Of a stretch of 63,925 nt of DNA, positions 1-14,054 are shown one piece after another. The stretch spans positions 123,504,076 through 123,568,000 of the forward strand of contig OX597820.1 in NCBI GenBank assembly GCA_951406725.2. The letters are read 5' to 3'. The DNA is from Octopus vulgaris. Lineage: Eukaryota. The position numbers were made by a program, and so were the translations under genes. Numbering within the stretch: the first letter of the stretch is position 1; each line of letters starts with the position of its first letter. The notes under the pieces are model-generated. The model searched no databases. It saw only the letters and a program-made list of their open reading frames with translations, and was not told where the DNA came from.

Positions 1-168
1 TGCTGTTGCATAAATACATTGAAAAAACAAGACTACGTATAATTTTTGACTCTCCCTCGTATATATATATAGTTCGGTGGGGAATGTATGCGTTCAATGT
101 ATAACTTTGCAACATCGGCCGATAGAATGCTCGCAGGATGGTTTTCTGAAAATACATACATAGATACA

Positions 169-179
169 TGCACACACGC

Positions 180-231
<52 letters not shown>

Positions 232-232
232 A

Positions 233-327
<95 letters not shown>
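169..327. repeat. (CA)n + (TA)n compound microsatellite, representative of dozens of (TA)n, (CA)n, (TAA)n, (ATCT)n and (ATGT)n tracts in the window
   Basis: Directly visible; explains the YI/HT/VC/LSIY repeat ORFs. Confidence 0.98.
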
Positions 328-328
<1 letters not shown>

Positions 329-2345
329 CTGAGGCTTCTAACTAATGATTTTATCAATTACCTCCCAACATTGATAAGTAATGATGTATATGCGGTGTCG
401 GTAATGCCTCGCAGAGTTCTTCACTTATGGCTTCAAAGAAATAGAAGGCAGCGGTCGAAGAAGCCACAATATATAATCTCTTTGAAAGTGCTGATGTCAG
501 AGCTTTCCAGAAAGAATCTATTGACGAAAGACTTTGACCATTTACACTTTCGTTTCTCTTTTCTGCCGTGGGGGATACTGCAACAATTTGTAACTATTTA
601 TAAAATAGCAAAGATTAGAAACATACGAGAATGCAGCATTTGATCAACGTTCGGCATCAGTGGCTACTCTAGAAGTAGCCTGGTTGATTGCTCAAAGAAA
701 ATTGCCGCATACTATTTGAAAAGAATCGGTGAAAACAGAAACTAGGAAATGTTCGACTTACAACAGAATTTAGAGTCTTTCTGTGCAAGAGGTGATCGAA
801 CGAATTTTTATTTTAGTAAATATTGTGAGTGAAGAGTTTGAAAAAGGAATATTTTGTTTCTCCCATAAATTGAGATTTTGTGGAATTAATAGGCTTAAGA
901 TTGATGCGTATTTCTAACCTCCAATACCTGATTAAAGTTGGTAAACTGTATTACTGTATGTGTTAAGTGATATTTAGTAACTATGGCAGAATAACAGAAC
1001 CATGAAAATGCCATAGAAAGGATAAAGAGAATGAAAATCTCCTAAGGCTTGGATACTGGTAACTAATTGCCCGACGAGGTATTGAACTGTGATGAATTCA
1101 CTGGAACTCCTCTAAACAAATCTCTTGTAATATTGACAATAGAATATTCCTTCTATATTCAGTACCGTACTACTGCAACATAAACAGATATCATAGGATA
1201 TATACCAAAGATTGGTAATCATCAGATTAATATGAAGTAAATCATCAATAGAGCTCTCTAGCCCACACATTCCTCTATTATGTTACTTCAATAAGCTTTG
1301 TTACTTGAAGTGAGTAGGTTACTACCATGTCTAGCCAAGCCTGTCCATTACATTAATCACTCCTCCGCTTTGCTGTGTTTTCTCCCTATTACGCGGCTCT
1401 AATCTCTACTCACAGTCCTTCCTGGCATTCCTTCATCGAACGTGTTTTTCCTACAACAGTTGTTAATGGTCTCAGAAAGCCGGCTTCTTGGATACAGCTT
1501 CCTTATTACAAAACCATTAAAAGAAGGTTGGGAAAAAGTAGCAATGGATTTGTTTTGTTCATTTTATTTTAGCTCATAATAAACAAATGAGTAAATTATT
1601 TTTGACTGGGCACAATGCATGATGATTTCGCAATAGAAGAAATTATGTGTTGTAGTTTTAATAAGTTTCTCTATAATATTAACGGTGAAGAATGAATTAT
1701 TCCGAGGACTGAAACAGTGTTTTGGCTTGGCTTGCTGAGAACTTCTTTTACTATGGAAACGAATTATGAATGTGAACAGATGCAGAACGAGAAAAGAAAT
1801 GTCACAGACATTAATAATATTATTGTATTTGTTGTCTTATTTCAAAATACATTTCTTTCTTTAGTTCTGCTTTTTAGAAATTCAATTGTAATTAATATTT
1901 TTTTCCATCATTTCTCTTAGCTGATATTGCAAAAATGATTCAATTTGAAATCAATAACAACACATTTCTCTGTTTCTCACTCCTCTTATCATTCCTTCCC
2001 AACTTCATTACCTCATCCTTTCTCTGTTGTGTTTGAATCTCATTTATTTTCTCGTCTTATTTCACTTTTGCTGTCACCCTTTTTTATTTATTAATTTTCT
2101 TCATTCATTATTAGCGGCTTTTCATTTTTTTCTCTATCGTGTATTAATTATCTTACTTAGCATTTTTCTGTGGAGAAGGAAGACGGGTTGGCAGGAATGG
2201 TTACAAAGAGTAAGTTAACAAAAATGACACCCAAATTCATTACACTCACTTCTCGGTTTAAAATCTCGTCGTAATAAATTCTTCTTTATGTCTGTGTTCG
2301 AGATGAATGATTACACTGTTGAAACAACTACTACTGCAAAGATTG

Positions 2346-2727
2346 AGGAGGAGCAATGGCCCAGTGGTTAGGGCAGTGAACTCGCGGTCGTAGGATCGCG
2401 GTTTCGATTCCTAGACCGGGCGTTGTGAGTGTTTATTGAGCGAAAACACCTAAAGCTCCACGAGGCTCCGGCAGGGATAGTGGTGATCCCTGCTGTACTC
2501 TTTCACCACAACTTTCTCTCACTCTTACTTCCTGTTTCTGTTGTACCTGTATTTCAAAGGGCCGGCCTTGTCACTCTCTGTGTCCCCCTGAATATCCCCG
2601 AGAACTACGTTAAGGGTACACGTGTCTGTGGAGTGCTCAGACACTTACACGTTAATTTTACGAGCAGGCTGTTCCGTTGATTCGGATCAACCAGAACCCT
2701 CGTCGTCGTAACCGACGGAGTGCTTGC
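2346..2727 (+). mobile_element. Full-length tRNA(Arg)-derived SINE with 13-bp target-site duplication
   Basis: A box tggcccagtggtt, TCG anticodon-like loop and B-box-like gtttcgattcc. TSD actgcaaagattg at 2333-2345 and 2728-2740. Confidence 0.9.
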
Positions 2728-3396
2728 ACTGCAAAGATTGGCATTGCACTACATTCAAAAAGCAAAAAAAACAAACCATGTTCTGAACTACTAAGAACAT
2801 ACTGCCTAGGCATGATTGTCTTATCTATTTTATCGTGGTTGATTAATTGAAGGGGATACCTAAATAACTAGCTCTTGTCAAGGACATTCCAACCTTGATT
2901 GCTCCTTAATGTACTCCTCATTTAAAGAAATGCAGGATGATATATCAGTGATACTTGGGTAGTAGTTCTTGCAGGAAGAGTGATAATGCAGAGACTCGTG
3001 GATTTCTTTTTCTTAACGGCGCAGATGGAGTTCGGTACAGTAATATGCTCTCTTTAATTAAACCAACTAAACAGTTTATTTACAAAACTTAACCATATGC
3101 TTATTCTAAAGCAATCATTATTTTACATCTCTCCCTCAATCACCTTACACCCATCTCATTCAATATGATTCCTACTACATAGATTGCAGCCAGCAGATTC
3201 TACAACGCTTAGCCGATAATTTCATGAAGCATGGAAGTTATTATGTTAATGCGAAAGACGATGCTAGAGGTGGAAGTGGTTGAAACGGCTTGAGACTGGC
3301 GATGTTTAAGTTGTTGCTAACAGTGATAGCTAAGGTGTGAAGAATAAACTTGTGAAGCTGGCATTTTAAATCTTAATTTGCAAGTGCTATGGTTGT

Positions 3397-3397
<1 letters not shown>

Positions 3398-3441
<44 letters not shown>

Positions 3442-3442
3442 C

Positions 3443-3473
<31 letters not shown>

Positions 3474-3501
3474 CTTCTTCTTTTTCTTCTTCCTCTTCTT
3501 C
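3398..3501. repeat. (ACT)n(TCT)n trinucleotide microsatellite
   Basis: Directly visible. Confidence 0.97.
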
Positions 3502-3839
3502 TGCAGTAGAAGTAGTACTGAAATCGTGGCGATATGTGCATGAAGATGATAAGATTAATCTTCAAGCTGGTAACTATAATGGGTTAGACAATGTGATTAA
3601 TCAGTGATCTACTTATTGCAGATAATATTTGCTGTTGCTCTCACAATGGTGATGAGGTTTAGTAGTGGAGCTGTTAGTACAGATCACAGTTGGTGGCTTT
3701 TAGGTTTATAACGATACTACAGTAGTGATAGTAGTGAGATGCAGAAGCGCCTGCAATGGTAATAGTGGTGAATGTATGTGTAAGGCTAATAGTTGAGTAT
3801 CAAAGCACGGCTCCGTAAGCGGTCGAAACCGGGATGAGG

Positions 3840-4540
3840 TTCATTACGATGCTCCAGGAATCTCTGTTGCTCCTTAGCTCCAGATGGTCCCTAGCTTCAT
3901 GTGTATTTCTGTCGATAACATAAATGTAGCTGTTGGTCTTTGTCTTCTATTAATGTGCGGCAGTGTCAAAAATGTAACATCTGATATATGTATTGGTGTT
4001 CTGGATGATAGCACTGGCCATTAAAGTCTACCCTTCGTTGAGCAATAATAGCAGAGATGGGAGGAGTGTATCCATAACTCTCCTCTTTGGCTTTGTGCTA
4101 CAGATATAAGATGTTTTGAGCCCAGACGAGAAAACTGATTGATGTAACATCATGGTGATCTTGAAGCGTCTTCCTGATTGTCCAAACTTTGATAAAATGT
4201 TCTTTACACATACCCTGAAGAAAACAAGTGTTGTTGTATTTGAAATAAATATTTGATTGGCAAATGTGTTGAAACTGGTTACAGGAAATCCAGTATTGTT
4301 CGTTACGTGTCGGTAAGTCTTTCGTACTGTCAGAGACTTGAGACACTAGGTAAATAAAGTTACTGATCACCTTTAGTTGTATGAAATCCTTGGAACAAAT
4401 TATTAAATAACTTTAACTTTCATTGATGGTCATGTACTCAGTCTTGTTTGCATTGAGAACCAGATTCTGGACGAATCTGATCAATTTGACAAACAGATGC
4501 TGGTCTAGTTATTCTTGTTGTTTAGATTCGAAGCTGCACT
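3840..4540 (-). mobile_element. Decayed RTE-clade LINE fragment (RT thumb / C-terminal region)
   Basis: Minus-strand peptides NANKTEYM, NFIYLVSQVSDSTKDLPTRNEQYWISCNQFQHICQSN and YGYTPPISAIIAQRR match the RTE pattern F.YLGS.i..t.kD...R...AW.acn.l..IW.S ... LYG.lPPIs..I..RR. Stops and frameshifts present. Confidence 0.75.
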
Positions 4541-4958
4541 GAATGATATAATATCATTTACCTAGAGTCTCAAATATCTGATAGTACAAAAGACTTACTG
4601 ACACATAAGGAACAACGCTGGAATTTCTGCAACACGTTTTAAAACATTTGCCAATCGAGTATCATTTCTTCAGAAGCTGTATTCCGGATTACACTAACCA
4701 AAGCATGTGTATATTTTGAAGACGGTACAGTGCTGAAGGGAGATTTCACTGCTATTCTTATCTATGTCGACTGTCCATTATGACACTCCCATGTTTGTTC
4801 GTAAAGTTGTTCTAAGCATTGCTATTTTTATTCTCGCTATTTCAACTGCCTTTAAAACTCTAATATTGTCTTGATAGATATTAACATCAAGACATCAGCT
4901 TGCACGAATATTTTCATACACACACAAACACACACACACATATACACACACGCATCAC

Positions 4959-4994
<36 letters not shown>

Positions 4995-5009
4995 GCATTT
5001 TGTGACAAG

Positions 5010-5385
5010 AAAGTTGATCCCCATCCTCATGGTTCTGGATTCAGTCACATTGCGTGGCGCCTTGAGCAAGTCGCTTTTACTATAGATTTGGGCTGACCAA
5101 AGACTTATGAGTGTATTTGGTAGGCGAAAAGTGAAAGAAACCCGTCGTATACATACATATATGCGTGTGTGTATGTGTGTGTGTCTGTGTTTTTGTTCGT
5201 CTCACACAGCCGCTTGACAACCAGGTTTGGTTTGTTTACGTCCCTGTAAATTAGCAGTTCGGCAAAAATGAGCGATAGAATAAATACCACGATTAAAAGA
5301 ATTATGTACTGGGTCTGATTTATATGGCTAAAATCTTTCAAGGCAATGCTCCCGCATGGCCGTAGTTTAATGTTTGAAGGAAGTG
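5010..5385 (+). mobile_element. Degraded CORE-type tRNA SINE (same family as 46696-47097)
   Basis: Colinear similarity: ccttgagcaagt CORE-like segment, internal (TG)n and gcatggccgtagt tail. Confidence 0.8.
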
Positions 5386-6161
5386 GTAGATATCTCCCCT
5401 ATGAATTGCTGAGGAAACCAATGAACATGACTCCGTTGAATGTTATGCTCAGTAGCATCTGTAACCCTCCAGCTGAAAAAAACGCCCTCTCTTCGCTCTC
5501 TAATGCAGGGAACCAGTGATTAGTGCGCTGTGTAACTCCAACAAGCAACACTGCTGTTTACACAATGTAGGATAAAATAAATAAAATGAATGAATGCTAA
5601 AGCCGCTTTAAACGACCACAGGTCTCAACTTCCGGGACTTGTGATAATCTGAGAAATCATTAAATGCAAGCACAAAACTGAATACTTCACCTTCAGATAA
5701 AGTAATATCTACACTTTATTCGAAGCAGTCGCCATAGTAATTTTCCTTTAGATTTTGTTAGCCTGTTATAGGATGACTTAAGATTCAGTAATGAAAGGTC
5801 TTTGTTCCGCCAGAATATAAGGAAGCCTCTGATATCACGAGCTTCGTTAATGCTATAAAATCTCAACGAAATTTAAGCCTACTGATGCAATTTTCTCTCC
5901 CCCTTCTCTTAGAATAGCTCGTCACTTAATCTTCTGTACTAAACATTCTTCCTTGTCCTTCAAAAATATCACCACAAATTTGAACTACTTCACCTAAAGG
6001 ATTCCATGATAAAATTCCGGCAACCTATTTAATCTCTTTCTCATTCTCTCTCTCTACTTCATTCCGATATCGAGCTTCTCCATATATCAATTAATCTATT
6101 CGTGAAGCTTACAATTTCAGTATCTATCATCTATGTATCTATACCTGTTTCTCTCTAGCAG

Positions 6162-6299
6162 TCATCCATCCAATCGTCCATCCATCCATCCATCCACCCA
6201 TCCATCCATCCATCCATCCATCTATCCATCCGTCCATCCATCCCTCCATCCGCCCATTCATCCATCCATCCATCCATCTATCCATCCATCCATCTATCC

Positions 6300-6374
<75 letters not shown>

Positions 6375-6410
6375 CATCCATCCATCCATCCATCCATCCA
6401 TCCATCCATC
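6162..6410. repeat. (ATCC)n/(ATCT)n tetranucleotide microsatellite
   Basis: Directly visible. Confidence 0.97.
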
Positions 6411-7000
6411 TCTTGGTTTAATTGCTTCTATATATATTCAAATCTATATTTCTGTCTGTCTACCTGCCTGTCATTGTCTGTCTGTTTGTCGCTCTCTCAC
6501 TATCTGTCTAGCAGTATGTTTGTCACATCAGTTCTAGACATGTATACGCCTGTATGTCTATAAGCACGTCAGAATGAAGTCCATTCTTCATTATCCGTAA
6601 CTGTCTCTTTCAATTCATTTTCTCTAGTGTCTCTCAAAGATCTCTTTACTTGGAACACTGACGACATGTGACTGAGGAGCAACGCTATTTGGTTTTATTT
6701 ACTTCCGTACTTCTTTATTGACCTGAAATAAAAGCTTACCTACTTCGTTGATCTCATTCTTATCGCGATGTCCATCAAACAAATCCTTGCAAGGATTCAC
6801 ATATCAAATTAATTTGATTTCGAGATAAAGAATGATTTATGCATGATGCATGAATACATACATGCATAGACACAAATATGTGTATACATGCATACAGATA
6901 TACATACACGCATATGTATGCATATAGGTACGAGTGTTCATATATATGTGTATAAATATACGCATACATAAACGCGTTCAAACACGTATATATGTATGTA

Positions 7001-7187
7001 CAGTAATTCTTCAACTGTCGGTGGGGTTACGTTCCCAAATTACCCGCGATAGGTGAAAACCCACTAAGAAGAAACAGTACTATATATTTGTTTTAATTAT
7101 GTTTATAATTTGAATAAATGCAAAACAACACCGCGGAGGAACGACGTAAGATTAAATAATAAACCGCGATAGGGCAAGGAATTACTG
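7001..7187. mobile_element. Tc1/mariner-pogo-type MITE
   Basis: TIRs cagtaattct(t) / aggaattactg, flanked by TA on both sides. Confidence 0.75.
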
Positions 7188-7259
7188 TATATGTACATAC
7201 ATACATACATACATTCATATAAATATATGTATGTCTATGTATATATGTATCTCTCTCTC

Positions 7260-7312
<53 letters not shown>

Positions 7313-7361
7313 AAGGGAAGAAATGGAGCCGAACGAAGATTCTACAAAATTCCTTTTTATT

Positions 7362-7447
7362 ATTTTCTACACATGTTTCAAAGGCTGCAAATTCCCAAAT
7401 TCGGATTGAATAAGGAGACCATTCTGCAGCTTTCTCTTCAGGAAAAT
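7362..7447 (-). ncRNA. Type I hammerhead ribozyme in a (TA)n-flanked PLE-like mini-element (about 7308-7572)
   Basis: Minus strand: AUUUUC-CUGAAGA-gaaagcugca...ugcagccuuu-GAAA-caugu-GUA-GAAAAU. 6-bp stem I, about 9-bp stem II, GUA cleavage triplet. Confidence 0.8.
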
Positions 7448-7569
7448 CCAGGAATTTAAAATCTCAAAACAAATGCGCAGCAAGCTTTTCGAACAAAACG
7501 CTCCCTAGGAGCCCATGGTAAAAAAAATTGGAATAATCCGTAACAAGATAATTCATTTATCCATTTCAT

Positions 7570-7689
<120 letters not shown>

Positions 7690-8109
7690 ATTTCACAGAC
7701 ATGCACTTACTTTCTTCCAAGTTTGCATTCATTTACTTTCAAATAAAACTCCGATAACCCAATGATTTACAGAGTCTCTTCATATTTGACAAGAGAAAAG
7801 TTTATTTACATTGATTTCTTCTTATTGACTCGATAAATGGACTAAAATTTGCAGTTCTATTCTTTGAATATCAACTGAACCAACCGAAGTATATTACCGT
7901 TAATTAATTCAACTATATCACAGAGATTTAAAAGCAGCAGAATCTAAAATGAATTTTGTCTGATGCTTCACTCTTTTAACTCACGCAGCACTTTCGTTTA
8001 AACTAATTAATAACGTAATTCAATGTTCCTGTAGAAGTCTCTACTGTTCCACAGTCAGACAATAAGTATCTAATTTTATCCTATAACAATAGTAATGATT
8101 TCAAAATTT

Positions 8110-9530
8110 ATTATAAGGCTAGCAGGTTCGAATTCTTGTCTGAGATATAACGATCAGCTGGTTCTGTCATATCTATGAGATAGCAGGCATGTTGCCGATG
8201 GTCTTTGATAATAATATCAGGGCTACTACCATTGACCGTTCTGAAAATGAGATGTGTAAGTCGTACAGAACAGTAACTCTGTTGCCGTCCGAGGTGGTTT
8301 CGGGTGGTGATTATACTAGTTTTCAGGAATGGTTCCAATGTACGTACTGTGCTATTAGGGTATGTCTGATTTTGTACTCGGTTATTGTGAGTTTAAAACA
8401 GCCAGTAACAACGCAGTCGAAGGTTTCAATACCTTTATGAGATAGTCCACAGTTTGAAACAGCACCATTGCGGAGGACATTTGCTTGGTAGTTTGCTGTG
8501 AGTAGGGACTGATCCTGAGCTGCCATTATAAAACCTTCAGTTTCTACCTTTTGGTCTGAACAGTGCGAAACCTGATGTATTCTTTATTTATCTATGTCTA
8601 TTTCCCTTGTTTATAAGGCCTTTATTTTAAAATTTTTTGTGTCACGTGTTTTGCTGCTTGTGTTGGTACTGTAGCTTCGGTGTTATCATTTACAGTTAAG
8701 TTTAGTTTTCGTTTATACTTCTGTGCCTCTTTAACGACAAAATATAGACTTTTGTTCCCGTCGTGTTGATTTACTAACTGTATCATCCAGTCGAAGCTAT
8801 TCTTGATACATGAATTAAGTCCTATGGTGGTCTTGTAGGATGAGGCCTCTACTGCCCTGTTTTCGGAAAACGTGGATTGTATGAAACATGTAAAGTTTTG
8901 GATGTTACATTTTGCTTGATATCATTACGTTTCTTGTTATCGTGTACATTCATTGAGGTTCATTTATATTTCAATTAATTATATTATGACTTACTGTAGC
9001 AGTGGGACAGCAAGTGAATTAATGGCTTGAATCCTATTCAGGGAATTCAGTTCAGTTTTCATAATCAGTTTTATGCTCCTATAATATTCTTACCTGATTT
9101 TTTCCTTCATTGCCCTATGTTGGATACATTTCCCTTCCTTTATTACTATATATTTATATGCTCCAGATTGGTCTAATTCTTTGATAATAGTGTTATCATT
9201 TAGAGTAATGCACGATGAGATTTCCTCGTTAATGTTGCATCGGCGCACTTATCCAAGCCAAATTCCAGTTGTTAGTAACCCTGCAGATCATTATCATTTT
9301 TTGCATATAGCTTGAGATCATCCATATAAAAGACGTGTGAGATGGTTCTATCAAATATTTTGAATCCATATCGTGTATGGTTCAATTCCTGTGACAGAGA
9401 TATGAGTGCTTAGCAAAAAAGGTAATGGCGACAATGAGTCTTCTTAGAAGATATCTCGGTTATTCTTACTACTACCAGACGTCTTTATGCCTATATTACG
9501 ACTGAGGTAAAATTTTGGGTGCTTCATGCC
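8110..9530 (-). mobile_element. Decayed R4/Dong-like (restriction-like endonuclease) non-LTR retrotransposon fragment
   Basis: Minus strand, in order: DSLSP, HVFYMDDLKLYAKND (RT), AINSLAVP, ETEGFIMAAQDQSLLTANY-like region with decayed CCHC, then PDIIIKD..CYLIDM (PD..D RLE). Many stops. Confidence 0.85.
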
Positions 9531-9531
9531 C

Positions 9532-9592
<61 letters not shown>

Positions 9593-9594
9593 CA

Positions 9595-9629
<35 letters not shown>

Positions 9630-9872
9630 GAGTGAGGAAGGAGCGCATGGCATTACTGTGTCACTGGGGTACAAATATACGAAGCTCAATATACCCATCA
9701 GGATTACCTGTCTGATAAAGGTACATCAGGTACATGTTTCAGAACAATATGTGCGCGACATGCTGATCTCATATCAAGATCAACAGTGCATGACCTTGGG
9801 GCCCAGTTACAATTTTTCTTCGGGTTGAGTAAACCATCCTACTCACATGGTCCTTGAATAGGGGTTGTTTAA
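9630..9872 (-). mobile_element. Truncated copy of the (TAA)n-associated short retroelement (see 19724-20189)
   Basis: Colinear with 19724-19970 and abuts a (TTA)n tract. Confidence 0.75.
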
Positions 9873-10064
9873 GTATACATATCCTACCTCTCGATACTTA
9901 ATTCGAATATCTGTGCTTATGTTTGTGCATATGCTTACTATATTACCTCTGCTACTACCTTCACCCTCACACACACACACACACACGCGCGCGCGTGCGT
10001 ACGCAACAACTATCTTAGTCTAACTTTTCTTTGAGTATTGCGCCTTTATATAAATATGTATATA

Positions 10065-10712
10065 CTAGCTGTTCGACCTGGCATTGCTCGTGTTTTCCGT
10101 GTTGAAGTTAAGCCCACCTCTGACCTTCTATTGAACTCTTCTACGTTCCCAGTACCAACCATTAAGATGCTATACTGGTTCGGCAGGGAATTTTCCCGGT
10201 TAACGATTTCGACATACTCCTACATACTGGATCGTCTGAAATCGTAGTCAAAATTCTGGGTGTATCTTGACCCGTTGAGAGGGATGTTTGTTTATTTCTC
10301 TCCTCCTAATGCCACCCTCTTTAAAAAAATTGATGAGCGTGTCCAATCTCAGCAACATCCGAATAAAAGTGTTAAGTTTATGTCATAAAATAGAATCCAT
10401 GTGACCATTTACATGAAAATATCCCATTGACTTTTAAATCCCAATATATTATATAAATAATCGATGTTTCATATGTCGAAGTGCTTAATTTTGCTCATGG
10501 GTCAATTTTCTTCAAAATCAGTTCATTATTTTATTGTGAGTGAATTTTGACGATTTCTCCCTTTCACCTGTTTAATTTTAATTCTACCATAAGACTCAGA
10601 CCATAAACTTGACATAAGTGTCAAATTTCATCAAAATCGGATGAATTCTGTAGAAGTTACAGCATAAAATATTAATCTGCAACCTAAAACGTTCTTGTGT
10701 ATTTATAAATAT
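10065..10712 (-). mobile_element. Non-autonomous Helitron (divergent subfamily)
   Basis: a|ctag end followed by hairpin-like gacctggcattgctcg, the same end architecture as 29519 and 57814. Other end approximate. Confidence 0.6.
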
Positions 10713-10766
10713 TCTCACGTACATATATATAAATCTTATCGAAAGTATGTATATATATCTCTGGCC

Positions 10767-10829
10767 AGATAACCGAAGATATGGTGTTGTGGATTTCCAC
10801 CTCGGCATCCGAAACTCAGAGTTTTATCT
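10767..10829 (+). ncRNA. Hammerhead-like motif, CCGAAGA (U4C) core variant
   Basis: AGAUAA-CCGAAGA-(degenerate stem II)-GAAA-cucaga-GUU-UUAUCU. 6-bp stem I in exact register, within a TA-flanked unit of about 170 bp. Confidence 0.6.
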
Positions 10830-10940
10830 TGACTACCGAATAATTGTCACATATTATTTTACAGATAAATTTACTCTATTTACATAATATTGAGGTCTCT
10901 TTCTTTCTTTTGTTATCTTACCGTTTTTACCATATATATA

Positions 10941-11250
10941 TTGTTTTTGTATTTGGTTTGCAAGATTGATTCTTTATGTGAATTCGTGTGTTGAAGCATA
11001 TTTTATTGTATCTGGGGAGAGTCATTCTCTTTTTGTGCCTTATTATTAAACACATTCACCGGTTCGATTTCCACTCGTTTACTTATTTATTTTCTTCTAA
11101 AATTTTCGTTGCATTTGGCAGCCTTTTCAATAGTCGTTGCAAGACGCAACAAAAATTTTAGAAAAAAATAAATAGGCGAGTGGAAATCGTGTGTTAAGTT
11201 CTCAGGAACTAAGAGAGAATGACTCTTCCCAGACACAATAATATATACTT
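10941..11250. mobile_element. Fold-back PLE-like mini-element with hammerhead-like motif (11097-11133, minus strand, UUGAAAA core)
   Basis: Imperfect inverted arms about 10994-11112 and 11136-11250 (ctggggagagtcattctct / agagaatgactcttcccag). Minus strand CUA-UUGAAAA-g-gcugc..gcaac-GAAA-a-UUU-UAG. Confidence 0.6.
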
Positions 11251-12294
11251 ATATTTATACATATATAGAGATATGTAAAATTATATTTATATGTGTTTGC
11301 GTTTGTGTCAACGCATATATTTATGTGTACGACTTTTGTGCATGTATATATAATTAGAAAAGTTAATAGAGCTATAAAAAATTGGAATGCTTACATGAAT
11401 GCATATACTGTGTTTGCATGCTGTTGCACACATGCATTCCCACACATACACGCGTGCACACACTCACACACACACATACACACACTAACACGCATACGCG
11501 CGCACACCACACACAAGTATACACCAGTACATAGTTATATCAATATAAGAGAATTTCTACATTACTGTAAATATTGATGCTTTTACGTACACATACTCAC
11601 ATGCAGGCACGCACAAATATACTCATAATTTTACCCCTAAATACACACATACAAACAGTAATAGTTTTACATCTGAAAGCGTCTACTTGTATAGTCATTG
11701 ATAAACATGACTAAATCAATACTGAATGAAATATTTTCTCTTTCTTTTATACTACATAAACGATAGGGAAAAGACACAGTATTTTTTAGATAAACAGAAG
11801 CTACAGGGAACAAATTTGCAAGCTGGCTGAAGTTTTTTGAAGCAGATACTAGCTGATGTCAATACGTAAAACGTACTTGAACTATTTGTTCAATGTCATC
11901 TCTTTCTCAGTATTTCAATAATGGATGTTATTTCGTCACAATGATGCACATATTTATTCTTAATACATTGCAGCACATTGCAGCATGAATATGCTAATCG
12001 CCGTTATACTTCATCTTCGGCGAATAACTTCTGTCAAATGATGTGTTCACTAAACACTTGATTCATTGAGGAAAGAAGACTCTGATATACCAGAAATTCA
12101 ACTTAGTTTTAGATACAGTTACAGTTCTCTCTGAATCAATGCCATAAATAAGAGTTGTGGCTCTTGCTTATAGAAAAGCACTAAACAAGTTATTTGCTGA
12201 TGAATGTTACACGTATTCGTGGTTATGTAAATTGCAGTAAGGATAGACTTATCTTCCAGCATTTATTGATGTCTTTATATCATTATTGAAGCTC

Positions 12295-12610
12295 GTTTGG
12301 CAACCAAATGTTTTGAGGTTCAGTCCACTGCGCGTCAACTTGGGAATTATTTACTATAACCTCGGTCGACTAATGCCTTGTGAGTGAATTTGGTTGAAAG
12401 AAACTGTGTGGAAACTCGTCGTGTGCTTGTGTATATCTTTGACCACGTCACAATGTTTGACTAGCGATGCTAGTTTGATCCAACGTCTATAACTTAGCGG
12501 TTCAGCATAAGGAAAGTATAGAGTAAATACAAGACTTAAAAACAAGTATTGGGTCGATTTCTTCGACCAACCAAACCATACAAAGCAGTGTTCCAGCATG
12601 GCCGCTGCAC
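12295..12610 (+). mobile_element. Degraded CORE-type SINE
   Basis: Similar to 46696-47097 (gccttgtgagtgaatttgg, aacttagcggttc, ccagcatggccgc). Confidence 0.75.
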
Positions 12611-13282
12611 TTTGTGCCCACGACAAATTATTATTTCACCGCACATACATATATTCGCACACTCACACCCTCGCTCACTCATATAACACATGCTGGCTCG
12701 CATACGTCCACATCGGTATACGATGGTATTAATACGTGGTTGACTCTCCTGTTGTAAAACGACGAGGGTCTACAGATTCTTGCTGGACAATCTGAACAGA
12801 TGATTTGTTTATCATGATCAAATGTTTGTGCTCAACGCCCCGATCAACCCGACATCGTCTGTACAGGTGCTCGGTATGTTACACGTCAGAGGTTGAAGTG
12901 ATCGTAGAGCAATGTGAAATGAAATGTTTTGCTCAAGAACACTACGTCAGTGAATAATGTGTTTTGTCATTACATGTCGAAATAGTTTCCACTAGTTTTC
13001 AGGTGACGAAATCCAACAGCGAATAGCATACTCACATGGAGGTTGATCCCAACGTGGTAAGAATAACTATACGTATCATTTTTAGAACATTAATTATATT
13101 TTTGCTTCCATTCCTGAAGTTAAACATCTGGATTTAGATCATATATGTTTTTTATATATTCTCTGTATATGCCTCAAAGTTCAATACTTATATAGTTATC
13201 TTTATCAAGATATTTAGAATCTTTACTTGGTGTATCAATAGACTGATAATTCTCTTTTTAAATGTTATGCAGCATTTATTCC

Positions 13283-13497
13283 GGCGGTGGCAGGCAGAAT
13301 GGTTAGAGTGTCGAACAAAATACCTCGCAGTATTTCTTCGGACGCATTACATTCCGAGTTCAAATTAACACGAAGTCAACTTTGCCGATTATTCTTAAGG
13401 GGTAGATAAAATAAAGCCCCGATCAAGCATTGCCGTCGCTGGCATCGGCAAACGTTTCCCCTTAAAATTGCTGATCTTGTGCCAAAATTTGAATCCA
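13283..13497 (+). mobile_element. Degraded Meta-domain-type tRNA SINE (family of 49155-49385)
   Basis: ggcggtggcaggcagaatggttag head, gagttcaaatt B box, central domain similarity. Confidence 0.7.
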
Positions 13498-14001
13498 ATG
13501 TCTGTAAAGTTTTCAGTTAATTAGGGACACTAGGAAGAAATGTGAAACCAATTAAAGGTCTCAGTAGATAATATGGCATTCATTGGACATTGAAGGCCAA
13601 TTTCTTATTTTACAGATTTCCGGCGTGCAATATCAATGGTGATGGTGTTTAGATTTGTCAGTACCGTTTATTTCTCGTAATATATTCTCCTTGTACGCCA
13701 AAGTTCTGAACGAAAATTACTTCTACATATGCGTCACGGCATTAAGTTTTCCTTTCAGTATTTGAGAGATCACACATGCACATACGCAAACACATATATA
13801 CATATGCAAAACACATATACAGGCACACACACACTTATATGTATGTATATATATGTATGTTTATTTATATATATATATATGTACACACATATATAAATAT
13901 ATATATATATATATATAAATGCATATATATATAAATATATGAAATACATAGCATATGTGCATATATGTATGTATGTATAGAGATAAGTAAATTGATAAAA
14001 C

Positions 14002-14054
<53 letters not shown>

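Noticed and set aside
640-1560. Possible hAT-like and RTE-like remnants; similar hints at 5700-6010 and 18890-19480
   Set aside because: Too decayed to assign without a profile search.
13601-13770. Strong acceptor-like tttcttattttacag followed by an open frame
   Set aside because: No recognisable peptide, donor site or partner exons.
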